DNA of 64,000 nt from a virus: IMG/VR virus record IMGVR_UViG_3300025141_016680, positions 1-64,000 of that record. One strand, 5' to 3'. Below the pieces are notes generated by a model. It made no database searches, had not been told where the DNA came from, and saw only the letters and a list, made by a program, of their open reading frames with translations. The position numbers were made by a program, and so were the translations under genes. Shown here in pieces: positions 30,105-40,794 of this stretch (positions are counted from its first letter, which is position 1; each line of letters begins with the position of its first letter).

Positions 30105-30998
30105 CTAGTAGCTCATAATCATATCTTCTAGATTTGACTTCGGTTTCCAGCTTGTCTCCCTAAGTGTATCACTAATGTCTGCTAGAGTCTCTCTAACCTC
30201 AGCTGGTCTTTCAGATATTGTTTCAGCCTTTATTTGATCTCCTCCAATTAGTCGAGCTATTTCATTAATTGAATAATTTTTTCCCGTGCCAATATTGTAC
30301 GTTTTAAATTTTGTAGTTTTTAAATTCATCGCAATAATATTTGCATCTACAACATCATCAATGTATGTAAAGTCTCTTCTTTGCTCACCGTCTCCCACTA
30401 CTGTTATGGGATCACCCTTTTCAAACTGTCTTTTAAATAAGCCAATAACTGGTGCATAAGTTCCCTTTACCGGCTCTCTCGGACCGTATACGTTGAAGTA
30501 TCTTAGAACAACTGGCTGTAAGCTGTATACCTGGTAATACAATTTACAAATTTGCTCACCCATCCATTTTGATAGAGAATACGGGTTTAAGCAATCGGCG
30601 GGCATGTTGGGTGAAAAAGGTATTTTATTCTGATGGCCATACAGTGAAGATGTACTTGAATACACAACTCTTTTAACACCCTTGTCTCTTGACCATTCTA
30701 GAACTCTTTGTGTGCCCACAACATTGACCTCAAAACAACTTGCTGGTGAGCTGATGGTTGGCTGTATTCTACTTCTAGCAGCAAGATGAAAAACACAGTC
30801 TACATTACTGAACTCATCGCTACAATCTTCTTTAGAGATATCCTTTTTAACATATGATGCCTGATTATTGAAATAAAACATTTCATTTTCTGGTGCTGAT
30901 AGATCATCAATTACGATCACTTCAAAGCCCAGGCTACAAAGCCTATCGACAATATGGCTTCCGATAAATCCACAACCACCCGTTACAAGCGTCTTCAA
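30105..30998 (-). CDS. NAD-dependent epimerase/dehydratase
   Basis: TGGCGFIGSH, FHLAA, PYSLSK, LRYFNVYGP, GDGEQRRDFTY. Confidence 0.9.
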   Translation of the reverse strand: MKTLVTGGCGFIGSHIVDRLCSLGFEVIVIDDLSAPENEMFYFNNQASYVKKDISKEDCSDEFSNVDCVFHLAARSRIQPTISSPASCFEVNVVGTQRVLEWSRDKGVKRVVYSSTSSLYGHQNKIPFSPNMPADCLNPYSLSKWMGEQICKLYYQVYSLQPVVLRYFNVYGPREPVKGTYAPVIGLFKRQFEKGDPITVVGDGEQRRDFTYIDDVVDANIIAMNLKTTKFKTYNIGTGKNYSINEIARLIGGDQIKAETISERPAEVRETLADISDTLRETSWKPKSNLEDMIMSY

Positions 30999-32155
30999 AG
31001 TGATCCCTTCACAATATCGACTATTTTCGCAATATCACTCTCTGTCAGCTTATCATGACATGGAACATAGAACCCATTGTTATGGACATTTAGAGCATTG
31101 GGTAGGCTTCTTTTTTGTCGTTTCCAAAAAGGCTGCTCCTGTATGCTGCCACAAATTAGCGGACGACATTCAATGTTATTGTCAAGAAGTGATCTTGCAA
31201 TATTCTCACGATCTGGTGCTATTAATCCAAGACCCAGACATGAAACCTTTTCTGTCTCACTTGTTTGAATCCAAAGATCACCCTCTAGTAGATTTTTATA
31301 GATCTGATAGTTCTTATCTCGTTTATCTACATTTCCACTTAGCTTCTCAAGCTGTCGTCTTCCAATGAAGGCACTTAGATCTGTTGATCGTAAATTCATT
31401 CCCGGATATATGAAAGTAAAAAGGCTTTCAAACTCTGTGATGTTGTGCTTTTTGATGTGACACTGTTTAATGTCTTCGTCTAGATCTCTTAGCCATCCGT
31501 GAGATCGAATTGATAGTAAGATATTCTTAAGCTCTCTATTGCTTGTCGATACCATTCCTCCCTCTATTGTTGACATATGGTGACCAAAATAGAAGGAAAA
31601 TGAGCTCATCAATCCAAAATTTCCAACCTTTTCGCCCTGATAATATGCACCATATGCCTCACAGCAATCCTCTAATAGAATTACATCATACTTCTCACAT
31701 ATCTGTAAGATCTCTCTCATCTTATTTGCGTGACCCAGGACATGAACAATAATTGCAACAGCAGGTTTTTCTTCCTTGCAGATCTTCTCAAAATCATCAA
31801 GAGAAAGCCCTAGATCAACCTCATCACAATCACAACAAATTGGATCATATCCCAGCAGCATCGCAGGTGAAACAGTTGTAACCCAGCTTATTGAAGGAAC
31901 TACAACTTTCTTATTTCTAAGCATATTAGAATATAGCAATGCATGAAACATCATGAAATTAGCTGAAGAGCCTGAGTTGACAAAAATTGAACTCTTCTGT
32001 CCTTGCCATTCTGACCATTCTCGCTCAAAATCCTCTGTCTCTTTTCCCTTAGTTAACCTTGGGTTTTTATCTAGCCATTCAGTTAAAGCTGTCAAATCAG
32101 ATTTGTCAATTGTTTCTTCTGCAAGATTTATCATATCATGTCTCTCATAAAGCAA
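30995..32155 (-). CDS. colD: ColD-like GDP-4-keto-6-deoxymannose 3-dehydratase (DegT family, His in place of the catalytic Lys)
   Basis: FVNSGSSAN, LLEDCCE, FSFYFGHHMSTIEGG, IRSHGW, GMNLR, ECRPLICG. Confidence 0.75.
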   Translation of the reverse strand: MLYERHDMINLAEETIDKSDLTALTEWLDKNPRLTKGKETEDFEREWSEWQGQKSSIFVNSGSSANFMMFHALLYSNMLRNKKVVVPSISWVTTVSPAMLLGYDPICCDCDEVDLGLSLDDFEKICKEEKPAVAIIVHVLGHANKMREILQICEKYDVILLEDCCEAYGAYYQGEKVGNFGLMSSFSFYFGHHMSTIEGGMVSTSNRELKNILLSIRSHGWLRDLDEDIKQCHIKKHNITEFESLFTFIYPGMNLRSTDLSAFIGRRQLEKLSGNVDKRDKNYQIYKNLLEGDLWIQTSETEKVSCLGLGLIAPDRENIARSLLDNNIECRPLICGSIQEQPFWKRQKRSLPNALNVHNNGFYVPCHDKLTESDIAKIVDIVKGSL

Positions 32156-32841
32156 AATTCTATATTGTTGTTATTCTGAAGAAAGTCGATTAAATCATCT
32201 AACTGACTATCACTTAAATAATTTTTATCCCACTCACACGCGTGGTAGACTATTTCGATCTTATCTGACATCTCTAAATTTTTTATGGGTGGGTAGCAAG
32301 TTGCATAAATAACACTATCAAATTTCTCATCATGGCCCTGATAGTGTTCATCGGTATATTTTTCTTTTAATAGCGCCAAAATTTCTATTCCAAACTCTTT
32401 AGCAACCTTAAAGGAGGGTGGTGACATTCTCCATGCCGGTGGACGAAAAATTTTCTCAAACTTGTCTTGAAGACCTGCACTTTCCACAATATCAAACATT
32501 TTCTGAAATACTTCTCGAGATTGATCCTCATTAAGATCTCTAAATTCATCATTGTCTGAATTACCGGGGATTCCGTGATGAAATCCGTGATAGCCTATTT
32601 CATAGCTTTCAGAAGGTAGTGAACGAAGTGATTCACAAAACTCTGGAAAAAGATTAATTTGCAAGGGTGCCTGTGTAGACACATTGGGAGTGACTGTTCT
32701 CCAATATGAGATAGGGACAAACAATGTGAACTTTGCTTCAGGAATTACATCAAGAAGCCTCTGGCATTTTTCAAGTATCTTAAGAGATGATAATGGATGT
32801 GGTGACACATCATCGATGCTTATGTTTACTTTTGCTGGCAT
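32131..32841 (-). CDS. Polysaccharide deacetylase (NodB-fold)
   Basis: ISIDDV, EIGYHGFHH, FRPPAW. Confidence 0.8.
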   Translation of the reverse strand: MPAKVNISIDDVSPHPLSSLKILEKCQRLLDVIPEAKFTLFVPISYWRTVTPNVSTQAPLQINLFPEFCESLRSLPSESYEIGYHGFHHGIPGNSDNDEFRDLNEDQSREVFQKMFDIVESAGLQDKFEKIFRPPAWRMSPPSFKVAKEFGIEILALLKEKYTDEHYQGHDEKFDSVIYATCYPPIKNLEMSDKIEIVYHACEWDKNYLSDSQLDDLIDFLQNNNNIEFCFMRDMI

Positions 32842-33734
32842 ACTACATCCATATAGCCATCAATTACATCTTCAACAGTTCTTTGATAGGTCATCACACA
32901 TTCATGATACTGTTGATAATTTTCTGTAACTCTCTTTAGAGATTCAACCATTCCATCAAATGTATCGTAGCCCTCTCCATAGTCGGAACAATATTCTACA
33001 ATGCTTCCACCCCCTCTATGATATACCACTGGTAATCCAATAGCCAGTGCTTCAAGGACATGATTAGCTCCAGCCTCCTGGAGGGATGCAGTTAAATACA
33101 AATCACTCTCTGCAACTTTAGCTGCTACTTCCTCCATATTCAATGGTTCAATATAGGTTGAATTCTTTAATTCAAAATTAGCGGGTATTCTTCCAATATA
33201 CGTAAATTTTATATTTAATTTTTCTGCTATTTCATCTAAACCCGCATAGAAATTAAAGCCCTTTTTTTCATTTGTTGACCAATGGTGTGTAACTACTCTG
33301 GTTGCTTCTTTTAGCTCTCTGTCTCGGCGACTTTTATAAAAAATACTGTTAGGGCCATTTGGAATAACACAGTAATTTTTTTGATCATATTCAGTATAGT
33401 TTTTTGCCCACTCACTTGGAAATATTACAAAATCTGAAAAATATATCGACTGCCTTACTAACTGCGTTAATTCTGGCTTTCCATGTGTTCCACAATCACC
33501 GACACGCTGAATTATTTTTGATCCAAATCTATTCTTGTGTTCAAGATAATTCTGATACCACATACCTGAACTATTCGGTCTTGGGTCAAAGCAGAAAATT
33601 AAATCCACATTTGGCTCTAGGGAAGGAGAAATTTCAATACCCGATTGTTGTAATCTATTGTGAAGCGCTGTTACAGTTTTATTTCCGCCTCCCCAGGGAC
33701 CAGGTACAGGTCTCCTGTCAATAAAGACTCTCAT
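32826..33734 (-). CDS. Glycosyltransferase, GT4-like
   Basis: GPWGGGNK, KKGF, ASLQEAGANHVLEALAIGLPVVY. Confidence 0.85.
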   Translation of the reverse strand: MRVFIDRRPVPGPWGGGNKTVTALHNRLQQSGIEISPSLEPNVDLIFCFDPRPNSSGMWYQNYLEHKNRFGSKIIQRVGDCGTHGKPELTQLVRQSIYFSDFVIFPSEWAKNYTEYDQKNYCVIPNGPNSIFYKSRRDRELKEATRVVTHHWSTNEKKGFNFYAGLDEIAEKLNIKFTYIGRIPANFELKNSTYIEPLNMEEVAAKVAESDLYLTASLQEAGANHVLEALAIGLPVVYHRGGGSIVEYCSDYGEGYDTFDGMVESLKRVTENYQQYHECVMTYQRTVEDVIDGYMDVVCQQK

Positions 33735-35362
33735 TTATCCTTCTTTGAGACTAGCAATCCACAATCTCTAAAGTATAAGAAATCAATATTTGTTCGTAAG
33801 AAACAGCTAATAGCGTGTTCAGGAGTTTCACATATTGGCTCTCTATCATTAAAGCTAGTATTTAGTAAAATGGGAACTCCTGTTTTTTCGTTCCACATCG
33901 TTAAAAATCCATGATACCAGGGATTATCATTTTCTGTTACTGTCTGGAGCCTTGCTGTATTATCTACATGCAGCACAGCTGGTATCTTATCTAGAACTTC
34001 TTCCTTAAAGTTTAAAACAAAGCTCATATATGGACTATCAACATCTGATTCGAACCAGTTTTTAGTCTCCTCACGAAGAATAGAAGGAGCGAAAGGCCTA
34101 TACCACTGCCGATGCTTGACTTTCTCATTTATCATATCTTTCATGTGTGGGCTCCTGGGATCTGCTAGTATGCTTCTATTACCAAGTGCTCTACGACCTG
34201 ACTCCGATCCTCCTCCAAAAACAGAAACTATATTTTGATCAGCAAGAAGTTGAATTACTTCTGGATCATCTGCACTTCTTGTTACAACACTCTCTGCCTC
34301 TTTCTCGAGACAAGTCTTTATTTCTTCTTCTGTGTATGTCTTACCAAGATATGGTGTAAAGCTATCATTCCATTCTATTCTCGGATTATCTAGCACATGA
34401 TGCCAGACAAATTGTGCTGCACCAATTGGAAGACCACCATCATGAGGAGTGGGTGTAACATACACATTTTCGATATGAGGAAACCAGTCCTGTATCTTTC
34501 CCACCATTACAGAATTTAGGGATACGCCTCCAGCAAGACAAAGATTTTTAGTTGGTACCTGTGACAATATTGTCTCTAGCACATTTTTAAATAGATTTTC
34601 TGTAGCTTGTTGTAGACCGGCAGCTAGGTCAAACCTATCCTGCTCACTTTGTTCAGCAATCATGGCCCAGGGATTTAGATAGGGATGTTTTGGATCCTTA
34701 CCTGGGACCAGTGCTCCCTTAGGCTGATTTGTGGGCTTGTGTGAAGCAATTTGTAGATCCACAGTCAGCATTTTTTCAAAATCATTGACAAATCTTTCTG
34801 GATTACCCAAAGCTGCCATAGCCATAACTGATCCGGCTTGGTGGCCTCGGGGCCAGCCAGATTGTAGCTGAAAAATATATCGTGTTGCCCGGGTCCATAA
34901 TCCGCCAAGATTAATTTGAGAAATGGGAAAGGAGTGAAGATGCTGGATCTTATTGTCATTTCCTGTCCAAATTGTGAAGGCTGTTACAAAATTATTCTCT
35001 TCGGCGCCCCCGCCATCCATTGTTATAATTGTTGCCTCGGGAAGATTGCTTGAAAAGAAGGTATTTGCTGCATGTGACTTATGATGCCCTATCACATATA
35101 AATTTCCCCCATTTTCACCTATGACTTCTTTTATTTTTTGAAATGATTCATCGTAGTGTGTAGTTTTTGACACAGGTGAACACAGTGCAAGATGCTTTAT
35201 CTCAGAAAAATTCTCATAATTCTCCATCAAAAAAGACAGAGAGTCTCCGGGTGGCTCCTTCTCTCTAATAAATCTCTCATACTCATCATGACGCACGGGT
35301 CGACCGTCTTCCATAATAAAGTAAGAACAATCATGCCCTGACCAAGATCCTGCAATTTTCAT
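33731..35362 (-). CDS. Carbamoyltransferase, NodU/CmcH family
   Basis: GHD, ERFIREK, HHKSHAA, DGGG, LAGGVSLNS, RALGNRSILADPR, VKHRQWYRPFAP, LNTSFN. Confidence 0.92.
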   Translation of the reverse strand: MKIAGSWSGHDCSYFIMEDGRPVRHDEYERFIREKEPPGDSLSFLMENYENFSEIKHLALCSPVSKTTHYDESFQKIKEVIGENGGNLYVIGHHKSHAANTFFSSNLPEATIITMDGGGAEENNFVTAFTIWTGNDNKIQHLHSFPISQINLGGLWTRATRYIFQLQSGWPRGHQAGSVMAMAALGNPERFVNDFEKMLTVDLQIASHKPTNQPKGALVPGKDPKHPYLNPWAMIAEQSEQDRFDLAAGLQQATENLFKNVLETILSQVPTKNLCLAGGVSLNSVMVGKIQDWFPHIENVYVTPTPHDGGLPIGAAQFVWHHVLDNPRIEWNDSFTPYLGKTYTEEEIKTCLEKEAESVVTRSADDPEVIQLLADQNIVSVFGGGSESGRRALGNRSILADPRSPHMKDMINEKVKHRQWYRPFAPSILREETKNWFESDVDSPYMSFVLNFKEEVLDKIPAVLHVDNTARLQTVTENDNPWYHGFLTMWNEKTGVPILLNTSFNDREPICETPEHAISCFLRTNIDFLYFRDCGLLVSKKDK

Positions 35363-35366
35363 TTTA

Positions 35367-36335
35367 TTATCTTTCCTTTAATCTATTCATGTCACATTCA
35401 ACCATTCTTGTTACAAGCTGATCAAATGTTGTTGTGGGCTCCCAGCCCAGTGTATTCTTTGCCTTTGAATAATCTCCAATCAAAACATCTACCTCTGCAG
35501 GTCTCATGAATCTTGGATCTTGCTTGACATATTTTTTCCAATCGCTTATTCCTACACACAAAAATGATTTTTCTAAAAAATCCTCTACAGAATAGCATTC
35601 ACCGGTAGCAATAACAAAATCATCAGGGTTGTCCTGTTGTAGCATCAGCCATATCGCTTCTACATAATCAACAGCGTATCCCCAGTCACGCTTGGCATCG
35701 AGATTGCCTAGAGTTATATGATCTGACAAGCCTGATGCGATTCTGGCAACTCCATCTGTGATTTTACGAGTTACAAATTGCAAACCTCGCCTCTCAGACT
35801 CATGATTAAAGCAGATTCCCGAGCAATTGAACATGTCATATGATTCTCGATAATTTTTTGTAATCCAGTGCCCGTATAGTTTAGAAACTCCATATGGGCT
35901 TCTTGGGTAAAAGGGTGTGGACTCGCTGGCAGGGCACTCAACAGCCTTTCCAAACATCTCTGAGGTGCTTGCCTGGTAGAACTTAACAGGCTTCTTGTAC
36001 TCTCTTATTGCCTCTAGCATTCTAAGCACACCCATTCCTGTTACATTTGATGTGAGGCTTGGTGTGTTCCAGCTCTCACCAACAAACGATTGTGCTGCAA
36101 GATTATAAACCTCATGTGGCTCAGAATCAGAGAGTGCTCTGAGGAGTGAATTTTGATCTGTTAGGTCTCCAGAAAGAAAATTTATCTTTCCGACAAGATG
36201 ACCTGTGTTAACTCTCTCTCTAAATGAGATGCGTCTTTCAAGACCAAATACCTCGTAATCTTTCTCTAATAAGAGGTCGGCAAGATGACTTCCATCCATG
36301 CCATTTATACCTGTGATGAGTGCTCTTTTCTTCAT
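35367..36335 (-). CDS. gmd: Second GDP-mannose 4,6-dehydratase
   Basis: TGINGMDGSHLA, NLAAQSFVGESW, YQASTSEMFG, PRSPYGVSK, FNHESERRG. Confidence 0.92.
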   Translation of the reverse strand: MKKRALITGINGMDGSHLADLLLEKDYEVFGLERRISFRERVNTGHLVGKINFLSGDLTDQNSLLRALSDSEPHEVYNLAAQSFVGESWNTPSLTSNVTGMGVLRMLEAIREYKKPVKFYQASTSEMFGKAVECPASESTPFYPRSPYGVSKLYGHWITKNYRESYDMFNCSGICFNHESERRGLQFVTRKITDGVARIASGLSDHITLGNLDAKRDWGYAVDYVEAIWLMLQQDNPDDFVIATGECYSVEDFLEKSFLCVGISDWKKYVKQDPRFMRPAEVDVLIGDYSKAKNTLGWEPTTTFDQLVTRMVECDMNRLKER

Positions 36336-36408
36336 TTTTTACCCATACTATTTTTAATCTTACCATCCTCCTATGAAGTCTTTTAATTTATTTCTAAATT
36401 TGAATGAT

Positions 36409-37329
36409 TCACTTAGCAAAGACTTCACAGAACATATCAAGATACTGTTGCTTGTGAATCTTTATCTCATACTGTTGACAGTTTTTAAAGCCCTGATGAA
36501 TATCATCTTCTGATGGGATATACTTCTGTGCTAGAATATCTCCAATACAGCTTTTAGTAAGAATATTTTCAACAATTCCCACATCTGTTGAGATTATTGG
36601 AACTTTCATAGCAGAGGCTTCAAGTGCTGATTGTGGGCCGCCTTCGTACCTTGATGAAATTACGTAAAGATCACAACTTGCATACATCTTTCTTAATGTT
36701 TCAATCGATGCAAGTTCAAAATAGGTGTACTTGACTCCTGCTGATTCTAATCTTTTGATAACATACTGTCTTCTGAACCCGCCCAATAAAACATGAAGAT
36801 TATTGGTGTCTAAAGAATCAATGTAGTCACAAAAAATATCAGGACCCTTCTCTAGTTTCGGAGTTATTAGATCGCTTCCCTCTGTGTCCCTTTGGAATGA
36901 TCCGACTATATAATCATTCTCAGGTAGCGAAAGGTCCTGTCTGGCTTGCAACCTATCTTCAGGATACCATTTTGATTCATCATACCAATAGCTAATTACT
37001 TTAATTTTCTTATAGGTGAGCTTCTCGAGGTGAGACTTGGTCTTTCTATTTGGAACATGGTAGCAGTCAACAAACTGGTCTCTTATTAAGAAATCACGGG
37101 TTTTTTGTCGATTCATCTTTTCTGGAACAAAATGATGAACAGTTACTATTACTTTTTTTGACTGCAAAATGCTAGGGGATATGTGATTCCAGCACCAGCC
37201 TGCAAGCAACCAAATAACGTTAGCTTCAAGAATATTTGGTGTGGTTATCTCTTTGTTGTTCTCCCACCACTCTTGCGCAATTCGATCACAAATCCAGCTC
37301 TCATTTGGTGCAAGAACAAAAATTTTCAT
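36409..37329 (-). CDS. Glycosyltransferase, GT4-like
   Basis: KGPD and SSRYEGGPQSALEASAMKVPIISTDVG. Start taken at MKIFV. Confidence 0.85.
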   Translation of the reverse strand: MKIFVLAPNESWICDRIAQEWWENNKEITTPNILEANVIWLLAGWCWNHISPSILQSKKVIVTVHHFVPEKMNRQKTRDFLIRDQFVDCYHVPNRKTKSHLEKLTYKKIKVISYWYDESKWYPEDRLQARQDLSLPENDYIVGSFQRDTEGSDLITPKLEKGPDIFCDYIDSLDTNNLHVLLGGFRRQYVIKRLESAGVKYTYFELASIETLRKMYASCDLYVISSRYEGGPQSALEASAMKVPIISTDVGIVENILTKSCIGDILAQKYIPSEDDIHQGFKNCQQYEIKIHKQQYLDMFCEVFAK

Positions 37330-38315
37330 CAGTCTAGCAACCACTCTTGTATGTGATCATCATCCTCTTCTTCTGATTCCACTATTTCGTAAACGATCTC
37401 GTAATCTTCTCTCGATGCTGCACTAATATCAATGGGATTTTTCTTCCATTCACCAAAGTCATCTATGGGCGCATTCCAACCAATGGGCTTTGCAAGCTCC
37501 TCTATTGAATATGGTCTACTTGGTGATTCTTTCAATTGAGAGATATCCACCCACTCATAATATTGATCATTGTCAGCAGACCAATATTTTCCAAATCTCT
37601 TATTTCCCCTAACTCTTGCATTTGTTCCTCGAGGATCCGTAAAGATTCCCACACATACTGGAATCCACGGCAAATAAGTCTTCATCTTTGACGAGAATTT
37701 CTTTTCAATCTTCTCACTTAGATTTACCTCAGCATTTCCACCATGTCCTGGTGTTTCCCAGCCGCCTACAGAAGCAATGACTGACCTTCTATATCCACAA
37801 TCTCCGGCGCCGTTTACTTTAGATCGAGAGGAATCTAGACAAAAAATTGAATTATTTACTCTTATCTTTGTAAACATCGCTGCATTTAATCTTACTTTTC
37901 TTTGGCAGTCTATCAAAACCGATCCCACATCATCATTCTGCTGAAATAGGGAAACATAGTCCTTTAGCCACCCTTTTCTAATAAACTGACAATCTCCCTG
38001 GAGGGGAAATATTATATCTCCTGTTGACTCCTGAAAAATAATATTGAGGGCTTCACCAAATGCGCTGATATGGTCTACATCATTTTTTCCTATCTTGCCC
38101 TTTTCTCCCGACCTATAGTCCTGCTGATTTATTACCTTCCATCCCTTCTCACGTAGTAAACCCAGGTATTCCTGTGTTCCTGGTTCTTCGCTATTATCAT
38201 CTACACAGATAAATTCTACGTCATCATAATCTGAAACAGATTCCATCAATGACTCTGCACAACTTCTAAGATAAAAAAGTCTATTGTAGTTATTGATTCC
38301 AAATGTTACTTTCAT
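37329..38315 (-). CDS. Glycosyltransferase, GT2-like (GT-A)
   Basis: INNYNRLFYL, FICVDDNS, ESTGDIIFPLQGD. Confidence 0.8.
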   Translation of the reverse strand: MKVTFGINNYNRLFYLRSCAESLMESVSDYDDVEFICVDDNSEEPGTQEYLGLLREKGWKVINQQDYRSGEKGKIGKNDVDHISAFGEALNIIFQESTGDIIFPLQGDCQFIRKGWLKDYVSLFQQNDDVGSVLIDCQRKVRLNAAMFTKIRVNNSIFCLDSSRSKVNGAGDCGYRRSVIASVGGWETPGHGGNAEVNLSEKIEKKFSSKMKTYLPWIPVCVGIFTDPRGTNARVRGNKRFGKYWSADNDQYYEWVDISQLKESPSRPYSIEELAKPIGWNAPIDDFGEWKKNPIDISAASREDYEIVYEIVESEEEDDDHIQEWLLD

Positions 38316-38356
38316 CTAAGCTTCCTCTTGATAATTCTAAGATAAAAAAATAAGCT

Positions 38357-39268
38357 TTACACATTATCGAGTAAATCTACAAAAACAGATTTATACTTTT
38401 TTGCAACTTCAGCGATATCAAAATTTACGCTATTTTCACTTTGAATTGCTCTACTAAAATCCATCTCTGGAGGATTATAAAGTCTCACAGGAGAAAAATC
38501 CCAAAGATCTTCTTCTATTATCAGGCCAGACTCATTGACAATCTCATGTGTTCCACCTGCAGCTGAACAAACGACAGAGCATCCACTTGCTTGTGCATCA
38601 ATTACCACGTTTGGACAATGATCTAGCCATGCTAGGTGTAAGAACTTAGTAGATCGCTTAAACAGCGAGATTAAATCTTGCCATGGCATCTCTCCTGCGT
38701 ATAGCACTCTATCATGACTTACTTGAAAGTCTGGATTTTTTCCTGCAACAACCAGGCAAGCATCTTCAGGTGCAAATTCTAAAAAATAGCGTACGTTTTC
38801 TGATAGTCTTTTGTGAGGCCTCCAGGCTGATGCGCATGACCACACACCATTAAATTTATCAAGCACTGGATGCTGTATGGGTTTTATTTCTGAAATGAGG
38901 TCCAAGCATGTACCGTTGTGAATCACATTTCCATTCTGGTGCTCACCAAACCATTTCTCAGTTAGCACTTTATTGAAATTAGACTGATAAATTACTGCAC
39001 TTGCTGCATGAAATGTTTCACATATAGGTGTGTTGAGATGCTGATAATCCTGGTCCGAGTTAAAATAAATTCCATCTAGCCTCTGGACGATGGGTGCAAC
39101 CTTATAGGAAGCTGCTATGAATGATAATTGTATATCAATCTTTTGAGAATTAGAGATGTTGCTAACAGAATTTACGTCTAATTCAGTAAATGCTCTTGCT
39201 AATTTTCCAGCAAGAGCATTGGGACCTGAACTTGATTCAAAATCTACATTGTCAAATAGCACATTCAT
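38357..39268 (-). CDS. Glycosyltransferase, GT4-like
   Basis: SSGPN, RPHKRL, HLAWLDHCPNVVIDAQASGCSVVCSAAGGTHE. Confidence 0.82.
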   Translation of the reverse strand: MNVLFDNVDFESSSGPNALAGKLARAFTELDVNSVSNISNSQKIDIQLSFIAASYKVAPIVQRLDGIYFNSDQDYQHLNTPICETFHAASAVIYQSNFNKVLTEKWFGEHQNGNVIHNGTCLDLISEIKPIQHPVLDKFNGVWSCASAWRPHKRLSENVRYFLEFAPEDACLVVAGKNPDFQVSHDRVLYAGEMPWQDLISLFKRSTKFLHLAWLDHCPNVVIDAQASGCSVVCSAAGGTHEIVNESGLIIEEDLWDFSPVRLYNPPEMDFSRAIQSENSVNFDIAEVAKKYKSVFVDLLDNV

Positions 39269-40794
39269 TCTATCTTATGAATCTCACCAGAATTTTTGTC
39301 GACAAGCATTCCTTTTTTATATTTTGTGTAGCGATGGTCATTTATTTCTTCCCAAGCCTTGTCTCTTATCTTTTCTAGCTCGTCCGACGGGACAATCGTA
39401 TTGATCATATTTGCCTTTTGCCAGTGCATTTTATCAGGATCATAATCAGTTGAAAGATTTCCATCTCTCATAGCAGAGTCAAACATTGGAGTTCCTGGGA
39501 GCGGCATCACTAAAAAGAAGCTAGCAGCATCAAGACCATTATTCATGCATTCTTTAGCAAAATTAATTGTATGTATAATTTCTTCTCTTGTTTCATCAGG
39601 GTACCCTATCATGTAGTTACCTGCAATTCTTAAATTATAATCCTTTAATGCCTTTAATAGGGCAGGAATATTTGACTGCTGAATATTCCATTTGCTTGAC
39701 GCATACTTCGATATTATTCTAGGATTAGCAGATTCAAATGGCAGTGCTATATCTCTAAATCCTGCTTCTGCAAGTGTTTCTATTACTTCAAAGTCAGGTT
39801 CTCCGCTCTTTAGCAGATGAATAACATTGACTCCATTTACATCAAGAATTTCAAAATCTAAATTTCTAATCTTTTTAATTAGCTCAATTGCTCTTCTCTT
39901 CTTTCCAAAGATTGAATCATCTTCTATAAAGATTTGCTTAACTCCAAGTGACTTTAAAATATCAAGCTCTTTAAGAACTCTTTGATCAGATTTTATTCTA
40001 AATTTTCCAATAGGTCCTGACATTGTTCCCTTCCGTTCACCTGCTATATGACAGTATGTGCAGGAAAATGGACAGCCCAATGACGTCATCATTGAAGCAT
40101 ATTTTAATTCCTCATCAGGTTCAAAATGACCTCCGTGTGGCCTTCTAATTTTCCAATATCTGTCATTTGGAAGAAGGTGCCATGCTGGCAAAGGTAAATC
40201 ATCAAGATTCCATATTATATCACCTATCGCACTGCTTTGCTTTGGTGTTCCATTTTCAAGGTATGCTACCATTGGAATGTGAGTAAAGTTTCTACTTCCG
40301 CTTTCTATAGTTCTTACTATTTCTACAATTGTTTTTTCTGATTCAGAAGTGCAGATAAGGTCAACACCATTATCAAAAAACTTTTTTTGTCTATGCCTTG
40401 CATTGACACCTCCTGCAACTATAAGCTTATCAGGAAATGTTTTTTTAATAAGCCTTGAAGTATTTAAAACCATTGTCTCCTGATGTGTGAAAATAGAGGT
40501 TAAGCCGACTATATCTGAATCAGCTACTTCTTCAAGAATTCTTTCATCCGTCACGCCTGTCCGCTTCATTCCTGTGGGTAAATCAGACGAAGTGTAAAAT
40601 ACGTCGTCTAGATTATCACTTTCATTTCCTACACATGCATCAAATATTTTTACTTCTGTGCCGTTTTCTATCAGAGCTCCTCCTAGCATGGGATATGCTA
40701 AAGATCCGTTCGGCTTGCACATCATCTCGGGCCAAGTTTGCTCAGGAGGATACAAAAGTGTTACTTTGACTCTCTTTTTTGGAAAATTATGCAT
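39265..40794 (-). CDS. Cobalamin-binding radical SAM enzyme (class B methylase-like)
   Basis: DIVGLTSIF...IVAGGVNA B12-binding domain, TSLGCPFSCTYC (CxxxCxxC), FIEDDS, YMIGYPDET, PLPGTPMF. Confidence 0.9.
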   Translation of the reverse strand: MHNFPKKRVKVTLLYPPEQTWPEMMCKPNGSLAYPMLGGALIENGTEVKIFDACVGNESDNLDDVFYTSSDLPTGMKRTGVTDERILEEVADSDIVGLTSIFTHQETMVLNTSRLIKKTFPDKLIVAGGVNARHRQKKFFDNGVDLICTSESEKTIVEIVRTIESGSRNFTHIPMVAYLENGTPKQSSAIGDIIWNLDDLPLPAWHLLPNDRYWKIRRPHGGHFEPDEELKYASMMTSLGCPFSCTYCHIAGERKGTMSGPIGKFRIKSDQRVLKELDILKSLGVKQIFIEDDSIFGKKRRAIELIKKIRNLDFEILDVNGVNVIHLLKSGEPDFEVIETLAEAGFRDIALPFESANPRIISKYASSKWNIQQSNIPALLKALKDYNLRIAGNYMIGYPDETREEIIHTINFAKECMNNGLDAASFFLVMPLPGTPMFDSAMRDGNLSTDYDPDKMHWQKANMINTIVPSDELEKIRDKAWEEINDHRYTKYKKGMLVDKNSGEIHKIE

